Shown: piece after piece, positions 1 through 8,180 of the stretch | How positions within the stretch are numbered: position 1 is the stretch's first letter | How the letters are laid out: each line of letters opens with the position of its first letter | IMG/VR virus record: IMGVR_UViG_3300047668_001392 | Direction: 5' to 3' (one strand) | Source: an uncultured virus (IMG/VR IMGVR_UViG_3300047668_001392) | Taxonomy: Duplodnaviria; Heunggongvirae; Uroviricota; Caudoviricetes; Crassvirales | DNA length: 20,000 nucleotides | Notes under the pieces: model-generated | Told to the model about the DNA's origin: nothing | Seen by the model: the letters and a program-made list of their open reading frames with translations, nothing else | Databases searched by the model: none | Made by a program: the position numbers and the translations under genes

Positions 1-17
1 TTTAAAACTTTATCCAT
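1..17 (-). CDS. 5' start of a leftward gene running off the window (MDKVL...)
   Basis: Minus-strand ATG at 17-15 preceded by an AT-rich leader (AATTTAATATATATAGTT), typical of Bacteroidota initiation regions; only 5 codons visible. Confidence 0.4.
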
Positions 18-78
18 AACTATATATATTAAATTGCCGTCCCAAAAGTTTGGGTTTCGGTTGGTATTAAAATTTGTT

Positions 79-96
79 GCAGGGTTTTAGCCCTGC
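79..96. other. Stem-loop in the leftward leader
   Basis: GCAGGG-TTTTAG-CCCTGC perfect 6-bp inverted repeat. Confidence 0.5.
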
Positions 97-171
97 GTCC
101 GTTGTTGTTCGTGTGGCACCACTAGGTTGAATGTCAACCGCCTTGTATGTTGTCCGCACTTGCGGACGTTT

Positions 172-378
172 TTAATTTCTTTTCATTCGTCGTTCATTTC
201 GTTGTTCAATACTTCGGTCTATCTTATAACCTATTTTGTCTTCGTTCACGTTCTTAGTGCGCCAATGTCTATTGACCTTTTGCCCCATCGAACTACTATA
301 AGACTTATCGCTGTACTCCTTGCGATAACGCTTGTCGTATAAGATTGTGTCTTTATATATTATTGCTTCGTTACTCAT
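172..378 (-). CDS. Possible leaderless 68-aa basic hypothetical protein (or non-coding leader)
   Basis: ATG lies just downstream of a minus-strand TAGATTTG box (391-384); no recognisable motif. Confidence 0.25.
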   Translation of the reverse strand: MSNEAIIYKDTILYDKRYRKEYSDKSYSSSMGQKVNRHWRTKNVNEDKIGYKIDRSIEQRNERRMKRN

Positions 379-401
379 GTCTACAAATCTATGGTAGACA
401 T
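377..401 (-). promoter_or_regulatory. Leftward Bacteroidota-type -7 box (TAGATTTG, 391-384) embedded in an 8-bp inverted repeat
   Basis: ATGTCTAC-N9-GTAGACAT; CAAATCTA on + equals TAnnTTTG on -. Confidence 0.6.
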
Positions 402-436
402 TTCGAACTGAAAAGCCAAAAAATACTAATACGACT

Positions 437-1300
437 TAACTCATTGATAATCAGTGCTCCCAGCTCTAAAATAATAGTATCGCTTTAAGTAAACGCTGTA
501 ACCTATTGATACTCAGGCACTTAGCTAATTATAGAGCGCTTCCCCTTTTGCTGTAATGGTATCCCGCGCATACACATACACGCACACATACACCCGCGCG
601 TGAAACAAAAAACTTAAGAAAACAAATCGTAAAGCATTGACAATCAAGCAGTTAGGAATTAACATTTGTTAGCATATCGTAACTCATTGATTATCAGTTA
701 GTAAGCGTTTCAGGAGGTCATCTATACTATACCATTACTACACCTGAGAAAGTCGCTTAAAACGGCTTAAAATGGTTTTGTGATTAATTAACATTTGAAT
801 ACATTTGTAACTCATTGGTTTAGACGTAGTTACAAACAATTAACAATGCAGTGTTCATAACTATATACGGACGACGTCGAAGTGTAGCACTATTGTTGTA
901 TGCACTCTATTTAGAATGATTACAGATAAGGTAGGAAATGGGGTAATGAATTGTCCCCCTCCTCTAAGTAGCTAAGCCCTAACAACATACGATTGAATAC
1001 TTATAGTATACGTCTATGTGATGCCTTGTATGTTATTGATTGTCAAGTGATTGCACTGAAAAGCTGAATATATACGGCAAAAATGTTCAAAATCCTAATG
1101 GGGGGTGTTAAAAAATGTGAATTTCTTTTATGGAATCCAACGCCTGACAATATAGATAATCCCCGATCTAAACATTTCTCCAATTTTTTTCCAGGTATAG
1201 TCTTTTGGCGTATTTTCTCCCTTTTTCTCCCGTTTTTTATTAGGCGAGTCTTTATTTCACTTAAACCCTTACTTGAGTCAAATCCTTTAACTCCTTGATT
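437..1300. repeat. Array of IHF-consensus-like boxes (YAA-N4-TTGATW / WATCAA-N4-TTR)
   Basis: Exact matches at 437, 499, 642 (opposite orientation), 680 and 1288; one-mismatch copies at 630, 808 and 1029. Confidence 0.65.
565..602. repeat. Alternating purine/pyrimidine low-complexity tract
   Basis: CGCGCATACACATACACGCACACATACACCCGCGCGTG. Confidence 0.7.
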
Positions 1301-1535
1301 ACGTGTCGTTTACCTTACTTTACTTAAACCTTTACATTAGACTTGACTTTGCAAAAAAAAAGTGGTACCTTAGCAGCATATTAGCGTTCACCGTGTATAA
1401 CTTCCGAAATATTTTGTTTTGTATACGAGAGCGAGTCTATAAGAGACTGATCGAGTATTGGCAGTGGAATATGCCCTTGTTATGTTCGGTTGTTTCTAAG
1501 CCTTTTTAAACGTTATACTATAAAGGCCTTTTAGT

Positions 1536-1543
1536 TATCTTTG
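1536..1543 (+). promoter_or_regulatory. Bacteroidota -7 promoter box TATCTTTG
   Basis: Matches TAnnTTTG, 21 nt before ATG 1565. Confidence 0.7.
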
Positions 1544-1564
1544 TCCAAAACAACATTATTAATT

Positions 1565-1891
1565 ATGCCTAAAGTAAAAAAGACAAGGACCACAGGACCA
1601 AGGAGTTCTACCTTTACAAATACAAAAGACACTTCAACGGGTACAAAGAAAAAAATTGTTAGTTACGTACGCAACGAAGATGGCACGGTTACAAAAACAG
1701 TAACTAAAACTAAAGATGAAGACTACCTTGCGGGGTCTAAAGGCAAACCTGTAAGTAAATCTAGCTCAAAAGTAAAGAGACAAAAGACTATAAGTGCAGA
1801 GAAGGCAGCGAGACAGAAAGCAAGACGAGATAAAAGAATTAGGAGAAATGAGGATCGACGTAAGGGCCAGGGCCCTAGATTAACAAGATAG
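1565..1891 (+). CDS. Basic Lys/Thr/Ser-rich hypothetical protein (108 aa)
   Basis: ORF track starts at TTG 1541, which lies inside the promoter box; in-frame ATG 1565 has an AT-rich leader; shares NEDGT with 19169..19537. Confidence 0.7.
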   Translation: MPKVKKTRTTGPRSSTFTNTKDTSTGTKKKIVSYVRNEDGTVTKTVTKTKDEDYLAGSKGKPVSKSSSKVKRQKTISAEKAARQKARRDKRIRRNEDRRKGQGPRLTR

Positions 1892-1906
1892 TTGTAAGTT
1901 AAACTA

Positions 1907-4900
1907 ATGCCTAGAGTAAGAAAATATCATGAGGGTGGGAATATCATGCCGCATGATCACCCACACGGACCTGTTAAGAGAGAGTCGTGGATACCAGCTG
2001 GAAATGGAGGGGCAGGTAGTTATAAAAAAATTACTAAAGATTTGTTCCCAGCGGGAAACCGTCCGCAAGCACCCATCTTAGAGCTTCTTAAGCCTAGAGT
2101 CACAACAGTAGATCTAGATTCAAAAGAGTTACAAGAGAGTAATGTATCTGTCTCTAAAGGCCCTAAGTATCCAACTCAGAGGGTAATGAGATACAGTAAT
2201 AAGGTGAGAACTAATCAGATACCTAGCCACGATATGGTTTGGGATAAAAAAAGAAATCAGTACGTTGTAAGATCAATACCTCAAGAAGAAATAGATTATT
2301 ACATAGAAGAGAATAAAGTAGTAAAAAAACCATATGTTGCACCTGTATATCGCAAATATCATGAGGGTGGGAAAGGTCCAGGCTATCCAGGCCATCCACA
2401 TCCTCATCCTTATGTTGCCGTATCTGAAAACACTCAACCTCATGGGTATACTGCACCAGTAATACCTGGCCTTACAGACAATAATCCTTTAATAGGGCTA
2501 ATAGATGCACCTAGAGAGGATCGTTTATCCGAGTTTGACGAGGTAAAGAAAGCGGATTGGAGTACTATACTGGCTAACCCTATGCAGGCGTGGGAGTATA
2601 TCAGCAAGAATGGGTTTACGAGAAGAAACGCTAAGGGTAAACTTGAGTTTACGAGACCAACACAAGCAGAGCTCGATGTTCAGAAGCACAATGTATACGA
2701 TGGTGTTATGTCTATGTTTAACCCTGCGGCCTATGTAGAGGCTGTTAAAGGTTTAGATTCTTCTCTTACTGCGGCTGACGAGGCTTTATTAAGTGGTATA
2801 GAAGATGGAAGAATGTCTCCTGGAGACTTATCTAAGGTTATAGGGAATTTGTCTGATGCGGGAATGCAGGCTTTATTCCTTACTATAGCTCCTACAGCGG
2901 GCAGGACGTTACTTGGGGCAGCAAAAGAGCTTCGTAGACCCGCACTTAATACATTAACTCAAGAGTTTAGAGGTAGTAGGTTGTTAGGGGAAACTAAAGG
3001 TGTAGAACCTGTACCTTCTTCTCCTTTACAGCAGTTAACTGGGGAAAAACAGCTAGCTATTAAACCAGCACCACCTAAAGTAAAAGGGAAGGGGAAAGTA
3101 AAGAAGTACGAGCCTAGTAACCCGTATCAGGATAGCAATGTAGCTAAAACTATTACGGAGGGAGGAAACTGGAGTACAACTAACGTTGGAGTATACCAAT
3201 ACCCATCGTTTATGACGGGCAGTAAGCTAGAGGGTCAAGTATCTGCTAAAGATGGGACTATATCTAGGTCTGTATTAGAGCAGTTAGTAAAGAATAAAAA
3301 CACTAAAGCTAGTGAGGCCTTAGCTGTAGAGAAGATTTTAGGTGGTTTTGATGATAAGAGAGTTCCGTATGAATATTTTAAAGAGGAACTGGCTTTAGGA
3401 ATACACCCTGCGGAGATTATACCTACTTCAGGATTACAGGGCTACGCTAGCACAGGGGTTGAAGCATTAGGATATAAAGTTGTAGGAAACATAAACAATG
3501 CGGGAGCGCTGCCAGAAGGTGGGGTAACTGCAATAACTAACCTTTATAAAGATAAATCTTTAGGGTTAACGAAAGAAGGGGAGAGTCACTTCCCAGACCA
3601 ACCTCATAGCTTCTGGATAAGGAGTATGAGTACTGCAGAAGAACCTAATGTACTAAAAGCTTTAGAGTGGCAAACGGATGTAAAGTCTTTAAAAGACCCT
3701 TCAAAAGGCCTTCCAGGATCTGAAGAGGCTGCGGATTATTATCCTGAAAGAATAGATGAGCGATTTGGTAAAATGTTTAGTTTAGATCAGCAGATTAAAG
3801 TATTTAAAGATGAAATAGGAAATACGAAAAAGAATTTCGGTCCTCTTGAACAAGTTCCAATTGGTTATACAGAGTATTTAGCAAAAATAGAGAAAGGTTT
3901 AGAGATAGCATTAGCCGCCAGATCAAAAGGAGGAGAGGTAAGAATAGCAAAATCAAAATCAAAAGGCCTCCCACTTAAGTTTGTAAACGAGTCCTTATTG
4001 GATGCTGCTAGGCAAGGGAAAGAATACCTAGACGTACCTACAGCAGAAACGGTATTTACTATTGAAGGGTGGACTAAACCTAATGTAATTGAAAGTACAA
4101 AGCAAATCACTAATCAATATAATATACTTAGAGAATATGATAAGTCTTTAATGCAAATAGGCCGAGGAAGCTTTGGTGAGACAGAAGATATAATATCAGA
4201 GATTGAGAGGACACTTTCAATTAACAGTAGCGTAGAGTCATTAATTAATAAAAATGTTAAAGAAAAAGAGGTAATTTACGATCGATTAATCAATAGTATC
4301 GAAAAGAATCAGCCAGTTACCATGGGTATGTTTAGTAAGTTAGGTACAGGTTCGGATTTTGAGGATATGTACCTAGACCTTAGGAGAAAAATAGAAGACC
4401 CTACGTCGCCTCCAGATATTAAAGAGTTTTGGAAAGAACAGGTTATAAAAAATATTAAAAACCTTAAATCAGAAGTTGGAATAAGAGCGAAGCAGGATAT
4501 AACAAAATATAAAGAGGCTCAAAAGAAAGTAGATGAGATAAAAGCTAAAGGATTTGATCTCTCTAAGATAAGTGAGTCTGAGATGTCAGTAACGAAAAAC
4601 TACAGGAACTTCCCTAAGCTATGGAGGAGTGAGTTTGGTACGGATGTTAAGCAAGTAACAGACCAGAAAGGGAATAGCTGGATGCGTGTCAAGATCCCAG
4701 AGAACTTCTATCAAAACGACATATCCCTCCCTTTATCGGAGATTAAGACATATAGAAAAGGTGGAAAAGCATTAAAAGGCCTTATTAAGAAGTATGGGGG
4801 TGGAGGTAGCGTTGGTGGCTGGGGAGCACAAGGGAACTTTAGTACAGAATACAACTCTAAACAGCCTAGCGTAGCGGAATTACCTGATCCGAACTCTATA

Positions 4901-5938
4901 CCTGAGCAGAATGCTCTAGACGCTCTAGTAGAGTCTGGTGAAGAACCTTTAACTGAAGAAGAGAAGAAAAAGCAGAAGAATCAAAAAGCCTTACAAGGGG
5001 CTATGAAAGGGGCGAGTATGGGTATGAGTTTTGGGCCTTGGGGGGCAGCTATAGGCGCGGTTGCTGGAGGTGCGTTAGCGTACTTTGCAAAACAAGGCGC
5101 GAAAATAAGGAAACTTTATAAGGGGGGAGGAGAGGTATCTGAAGGAAAACCTGACGTAAAGGATTTATTACATATGCTGAAGCGGTTTGGTAAAGAACCT
5201 AGGCAGCCGCAGGGATCATGGAATATGCCTCCTGATAAAGAAGGGTGGGTTCCTCGACATGACGATATATTTAAATATCTAGCTTCTCGTGATATAGATA
5301 CTAAAGATGATGAGATAGCTAAAGCGTATATAAAGCCTGGATCAGTAGCTGGTGCGGGGTTTGCAGATGGATATGATGCTTCTGCGTATTCGGAAAAAGG
5401 TCGGTATGTAGACCCTACAAAACCATCTAAGTTTGACAACGTAAGTGGATTAGCATACCCTAACTCTAAAGGCCAGAGGATTATATTAGCTAGTACTCAG
5501 TTGAAGAACCCTACTACTAGAATAGAAGAAGCTGTGCACAGCCTTCAGCAGCAGAGATTCCTTGATCCTTCTGTATCCGACTCTAAGATAGGAGGGAATA
5601 AACGTCGATTATATAGGATGCTAAAAAAGCAACCGTGGCTTGATGAGTTATCACCCGATCTGAAAAAAACGCTTACTAAAGGTAATTATGCTCTAAAAGG
5701 AGGGGGAAGTACGTCTGAATTCGAAGCGAAACTTATCGCAGCCAAGATGACTATGATACACGAAGGAGTCCTTCCTGAGGATGGAAATGTATCGGATAAA
5801 GACCTAGAGGCTATAAAGCAATGGTATGAAGACCGTAAAAACAAGACGGGTGAGACGCTATGGGAGTCAGTTTTATTCCAGGATTTCAGCGACACAAAGT
5901 ATAGAGATGAGATGTTAAGTACTCTAAATAAAATATAA
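1907..5938 (+). CDS. Large multidomain putative virion cargo/ejection protein (1343 aa)
   Basis: Long intact ORF; five [KR]x[YF]xxGG tags; glycine zipper (GAMKGASMGMSFGPWGAAIGAVAGG); HF..R..LEWQTD domain; degenerate zincin-like EEAVH..Q / EFEAK. Confidence 0.75.
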   Translation: MPRVRKYHEGGNIMPHDHPHGPVKRESWIPAGNGGAGSYKKITKDLFPAGNRPQAPILELLKPRVTTVDLDSKELQESNVSVSKGPKYPTQRVMRYSNKVRTNQIPSHDMVWDKKRNQYVVRSIPQEEIDYYIEENKVVKKPYVAPVYRKYHEGGKGPGYPGHPHPHPYVAVSENTQPHGYTAPVIPGLTDNNPLIGLIDAPREDRLSEFDEVKKADWSTILANPMQAWEYISKNGFTRRNAKGKLEFTRPTQAELDVQKHNVYDGVMSMFNPAAYVEAVKGLDSSLTAADEALLSGIEDGRMSPGDLSKVIGNLSDAGMQALFLTIAPTAGRTLLGAAKELRRPALNTLTQEFRGSRLLGETKGVEPVPSSPLQQLTGEKQLAIKPAPPKVKGKGKVKKYEPSNPYQDSNVAKTITEGGNWSTTNVGVYQYPSFMTGSKLEGQVSAKDGTISRSVLEQLVKNKNTKASEALAVEKILGGFDDKRVPYEYFKEELALGIHPAEIIPTSGLQGYASTGVEALGYKVVGNINNAGALPEGGVTAITNLYKDKSLGLTKEGESHFPDQPHSFWIRSMSTAEEPNVLKALEWQTDVKSLKDPSKGLPGSEEAADYYPERIDERFGKMFSLDQQIKVFKDEIGNTKKNFGPLEQVPIGYTEYLAKIEKGLEIALAARSKGGEVRIAKSKSKGLPLKFVNESLLDAARQGKEYLDVPTAETVFTIEGWTKPNVIESTKQITNQYNILREYDKSLMQIGRGSFGETEDIISEIERTLSINSSVESLINKNVKEKEVIYDRLINSIEKNQPVTMGMFSKLGTGSDFEDMYLDLRRKIEDPTSPPDIKEFWKEQVIKNIKNLKSEVGIRAKQDITKYKEAQKKVDEIKAKGFDLSKISESEMSVTKNYRNFPKLWRSEFGTDVKQVTDQKGNSWMRVKIPENFYQNDISLPLSEIKTYRKGGKALKGLIKKYGGGGSVGGWGAQGNFSTEYNSKQPSVAELPDPNSIPEQNALDALVESGEEPLTEEEKKKQKNQKALQGAMKGASMGMSFGPWGAAIGAVAGGALAYFAKQGAKIRKLYKGGGEVSEGKPDVKDLLHMLKRFGKEPRQPQGSWNMPPDKEGWVPRHDDIFKYLASRDIDTKDDEIAKAYIKPGSVAGAGFADGYDASAYSEKGRYVDPTKPSKFDNVSGLAYPNSKGQRIILASTQLKNPTTRIEEAVHSLQQQRFLDPSVSDSKIGGNKRRLYRMLKKQPWLDELSPDLKKTLTKGNYALKGGGSTSEFEAKLIAAKMTMIHEGVLPEDGNVSDKDLEAIKQWYEDRKNKTGETLWESVLFQDFSDTKYRDEMLSTLNKI

Positions 5939-6600
5939 TGGAAATACGTAGAAAGTTTCAACCAGGTATGAAAGTAAGAAGATTCCACAATGGAGGGAAA
6001 GGTCCAGGCCACCCACATGGAGATCTTACCACAGCTAAATTAGACAGCATATTATCTTCTAATGTAGAGGGCGCTATCTTTGAATTCTCTCAATTTAGAG
6101 ACCTTGTAGGTAGTCACGAAGGTGCATCTGGAGGTTATTCTGCTCGCCAAATAGGGGGTGGTCCAGGAAGAGGAATGTATCAATTTGATGAAGCCTCCGC
6201 TCAAACAGCTTATAACAGGCTAAAAACTATAGCTAGCGACAGAGGTTATGAGATACCTATATTAACGTCTGAGGACTTTAAGAATATGGATAAGGTCTCC
6301 CCTGAGATACAAGACCTCCTGTTTACGGCTAATATTGCAAAATCTCCAAATACATCTATAAGTACTATATTGACTGATAAATCACAATGGGATAATCAAT
6401 GGCTTGACGGTCATTGGAGAGGTAAAGATGAAGATAGAGAAGTAAGACGCGCTTCTTTCCAACACACTCAAGATAATTTTCCTGTAAAAACCACAGAAAA
6501 AAATCCATCAATTAACTCAGCATTTGGGAATATGTTCCCCGATGAAAATACTGTGACTCCCGATAAAAATAACTTTCAATATATACAAGCAGAATTTTAA
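5938..6600 (+). CDS. Lysozyme-fold muramidase/lytic transglycosylase, probably virion-associated
   Basis: SHEG..GGYSA...GRGMYQF...SPEIQDLL pattern of lysozyme-like families; N-terminal RRFHNGG tag; TAATG coupling to upstream gene. Confidence 0.65.
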   Translation: MEIRRKFQPGMKVRRFHNGGKGPGHPHGDLTTAKLDSILSSNVEGAIFEFSQFRDLVGSHEGASGGYSARQIGGGPGRGMYQFDEASAQTAYNRLKTIASDRGYEIPILTSEDFKNMDKVSPEIQDLLFTANIAKSPNTSISTILTDKSQWDNQWLDGHWRGKDEDREVRRASFQHTQDNFPVKTTEKNPSINSAFGNMFPDENTVTPDKNNFQYIQAEF

Positions 6601-6602
6601 AT

Positions 6603-6749
6603 ATGACTAAACCTAAAAACGATTTCGACCTACCTCTTCCGTCTTTCCTTGATCAAGTAAAGCTAAAAGAACAAGAGGCAAAAATAGAGTCTGGAGAAAC
6701 GGTATGCAATACGGACTCTCCAGAAGACTGCGAAAGTTGTAGCGGATAA
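6603..6749 (+). CDS. 48-aa protein ending in CNTDSPEDCESCSG (RNR-alpha C-tail-like)
   Basis: Hand-translated ORF filling the gap between two genes; not in ORF track. Confidence 0.75.
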   Translation: MTKPKNDFDLPLPSFLDQVKLKEQEAKIESGETVCNTDSPEDCESCSG

Positions 6750-6754
6750 TATAT

Positions 6755-6762
6755 TATATTTG
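6755..6762 (+). promoter_or_regulatory. Bacteroidota -7 promoter box TATATTTG
   Basis: Intergenic, 16 nt before ATG 6779. Confidence 0.7.
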
Positions 6763-6778
6763 TAAAAAATAAAGAGTT

Positions 6779-7018
6779 ATGCAAATTAGAAAATACAATA
6801 TGGGTGGGCAGATGCAAGAACAGATGCAAGGACCACCACAGCAAGGGGGACCTGAACAGCCTGCTCCAGTTGATGTAAATCAATTATTAGAGATGTTGTC
6901 ACAGATGCCACCCGAAGCAAAGCTTTCTCCTGAGGAGGTAGCTCGATTTATTATGGGGGATCTTCCTATGAATGTACCTCAAGGGCCTCCAATGTCTCAA
7001 GGAGGAGGAATGCAGTAA
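6779..7018 (+). CDS. Small Met/Gln/Pro/Gly-rich protein with RKYNMGG tag
   Basis: Promoter upstream, tight gene packing, shared N-terminal tag. Confidence 0.75.
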   Translation: MQIRKYNMGGQMQEQMQGPPQQGGPEQPAPVDVNQLLEMLSQMPPEAKLSPEEVARFIMGDLPMNVPQGPPMSQGGGMQ

Positions 7019-7021
7019 TAA

Positions 7022-7498
7022 ATGGCTACTTTAAACGTAACTATAACAGAAGAGCTAACTCTTAATGGAGCTGACAGGGGGTCTACAAACACCCTTGCTG
7101 TAGCTTCTGTTACTCAGGTATACCATAGGATCGTTACCTGCCCTGCAAGCCAAGATACTACAGTAGCAACGTTTGCCAGTACAGTAGATGACAGCACAAG
7201 TGCAGCTGGCAGTATAAATGTTGCTGATGTAAAATACGTAAGATTAACAAATCTAGGTACACAGCCTGTAAACTTGTCTTTACAAGTAGGTACAACAGAC
7301 GGTGGAGATGGTGCTGCTGACGAATCGGCTACAATTCTTATTGCAGCTGGAAGAAGTTTTGTTATGGGTGCTACGGCTAACGCTATGGCTGTCAATGACA
7401 CAAATGCAAACATAGACGTTTCAATGCATGAGTTAGAATCACTACTTGTTGATCCAGGATCTAACGCAGTAACCGTAGAAGTATTTATAGCTAGTTAA
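7022..7498 (+). CDS. Putative virion structural protein (beta-rich, Ala/Thr/Val-rich)
   Basis: MATLNVTITEELTLNG start and KYVRLTNL...VEVFIAS pattern, as I recall from small structural proteins of aquatic phages. Confidence 0.6.
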   Translation: MATLNVTITEELTLNGADRGSTNTLAVASVTQVYHRIVTCPASQDTTVATFASTVDDSTSAAGSINVADVKYVRLTNLGTQPVNLSLQVGTTDGGDGAADESATILIAAGRSFVMGATANAMAVNDTNANIDVSMHELESLLVDPGSNAVTVEVFIAS

Positions 7499-7499
7499 G

Positions 7500-8177
7500 A
7501 TGAAACCTATGTATAGGCAATATAAACATGGGGGTTGGCATCCTTTTAAAAAAGACAAAGGGCCAAAACCCGTTTTAAAGATGTCTGAAAGAGAGCCTTC
7601 ATATGGGACTGTATCGCAACAGCTAGGTGATGCTGTTCAATACAGCGGAGGGGATAACAGCGATATTTTAAAGATGTTAGCTTTAACTAAAGAAAAGGAC
7701 CCCTTTCTTTCCGACTATTCAAACGTAAACTTTTCGTTGCCTGGAGAGAAAAACAGCAAGCAATCTGAAATACTCCCTCAATTTAGAGCAGCACGAGATG
7801 GAGATTCAGACAACATTAATTTCTTTAAATTAGATCCAGAGTCTCAAAAGTATGTTAGGAGTAAAATGGGTGGCGGCGATTTATCTGAGATGTTTGGGAG
7901 AGAACTAAAGCCATCTGAAGAAAGATATGTTCGAGGTCAAGTATTTAAAAACCCAGCTTTGTTGTCTTATTTTATGGGGATCGGCGAAGAGCCTGGTAAG
8001 AGAGAGATGAAAAAGTTTAAAGTTCACTCAGGAAAATTTTCTGGGGGCTCTAGAGGCGGAAACGGTACTACAACAGGTGGAGCTGGAAGTAAATCGTTAG
8101 CCAAAGAACAAAGAGGGAATATTTTTAAGAATTTCTTTGCTTGGTGCAAACTAGACGGAACATGTAAAGCAGAATAA
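7500..8177 (+). CDS. Hypothetical protein with RQYKHGG tag
   Basis: 225-aa ORF, tightly packed, shared N-terminal tag. Confidence 0.75.
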   Translation: MKPMYRQYKHGGWHPFKKDKGPKPVLKMSEREPSYGTVSQQLGDAVQYSGGDNSDILKMLALTKEKDPFLSDYSNVNFSLPGEKNSKQSEILPQFRAARDGDSDNINFFKLDPESQKYVRSKMGGGDLSEMFGRELKPSEERYVRGQVFKNPALLSYFMGIGEEPGKREMKKFKVHSGKFSGGSRGGNGTTTGGAGSKSLAKEQRGNIFKNFFAWCKLDGTCKAE

Positions 8178-8180
8178 AAT

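Noticed and set aside
437..1300. CRISPR array or mini-array
   Set aside because: Repeats are degenerate, short and irregularly spaced; they fit a protein-binding consensus better
1083..1509. ORFs 1083..1298 and 1303..1509 (and 127..342)
   Set aside because: Atypical composition, weak starts, overlap with regulatory motifs; probably chance ORFs
1..1540. tRNA genes
   Set aside because: No cloverleaf with a convincing T-arm and acceptor stem found by eye; tRNAscan-SE would settle it
1541..1564. TTG start at 1541; likewise the 13295 start for the Zn-ribbon gene
   Set aside because: The first overlaps the promoter box, the second overlaps the lipoprotein gene; downstream ATGs (1565, 13391) fit better
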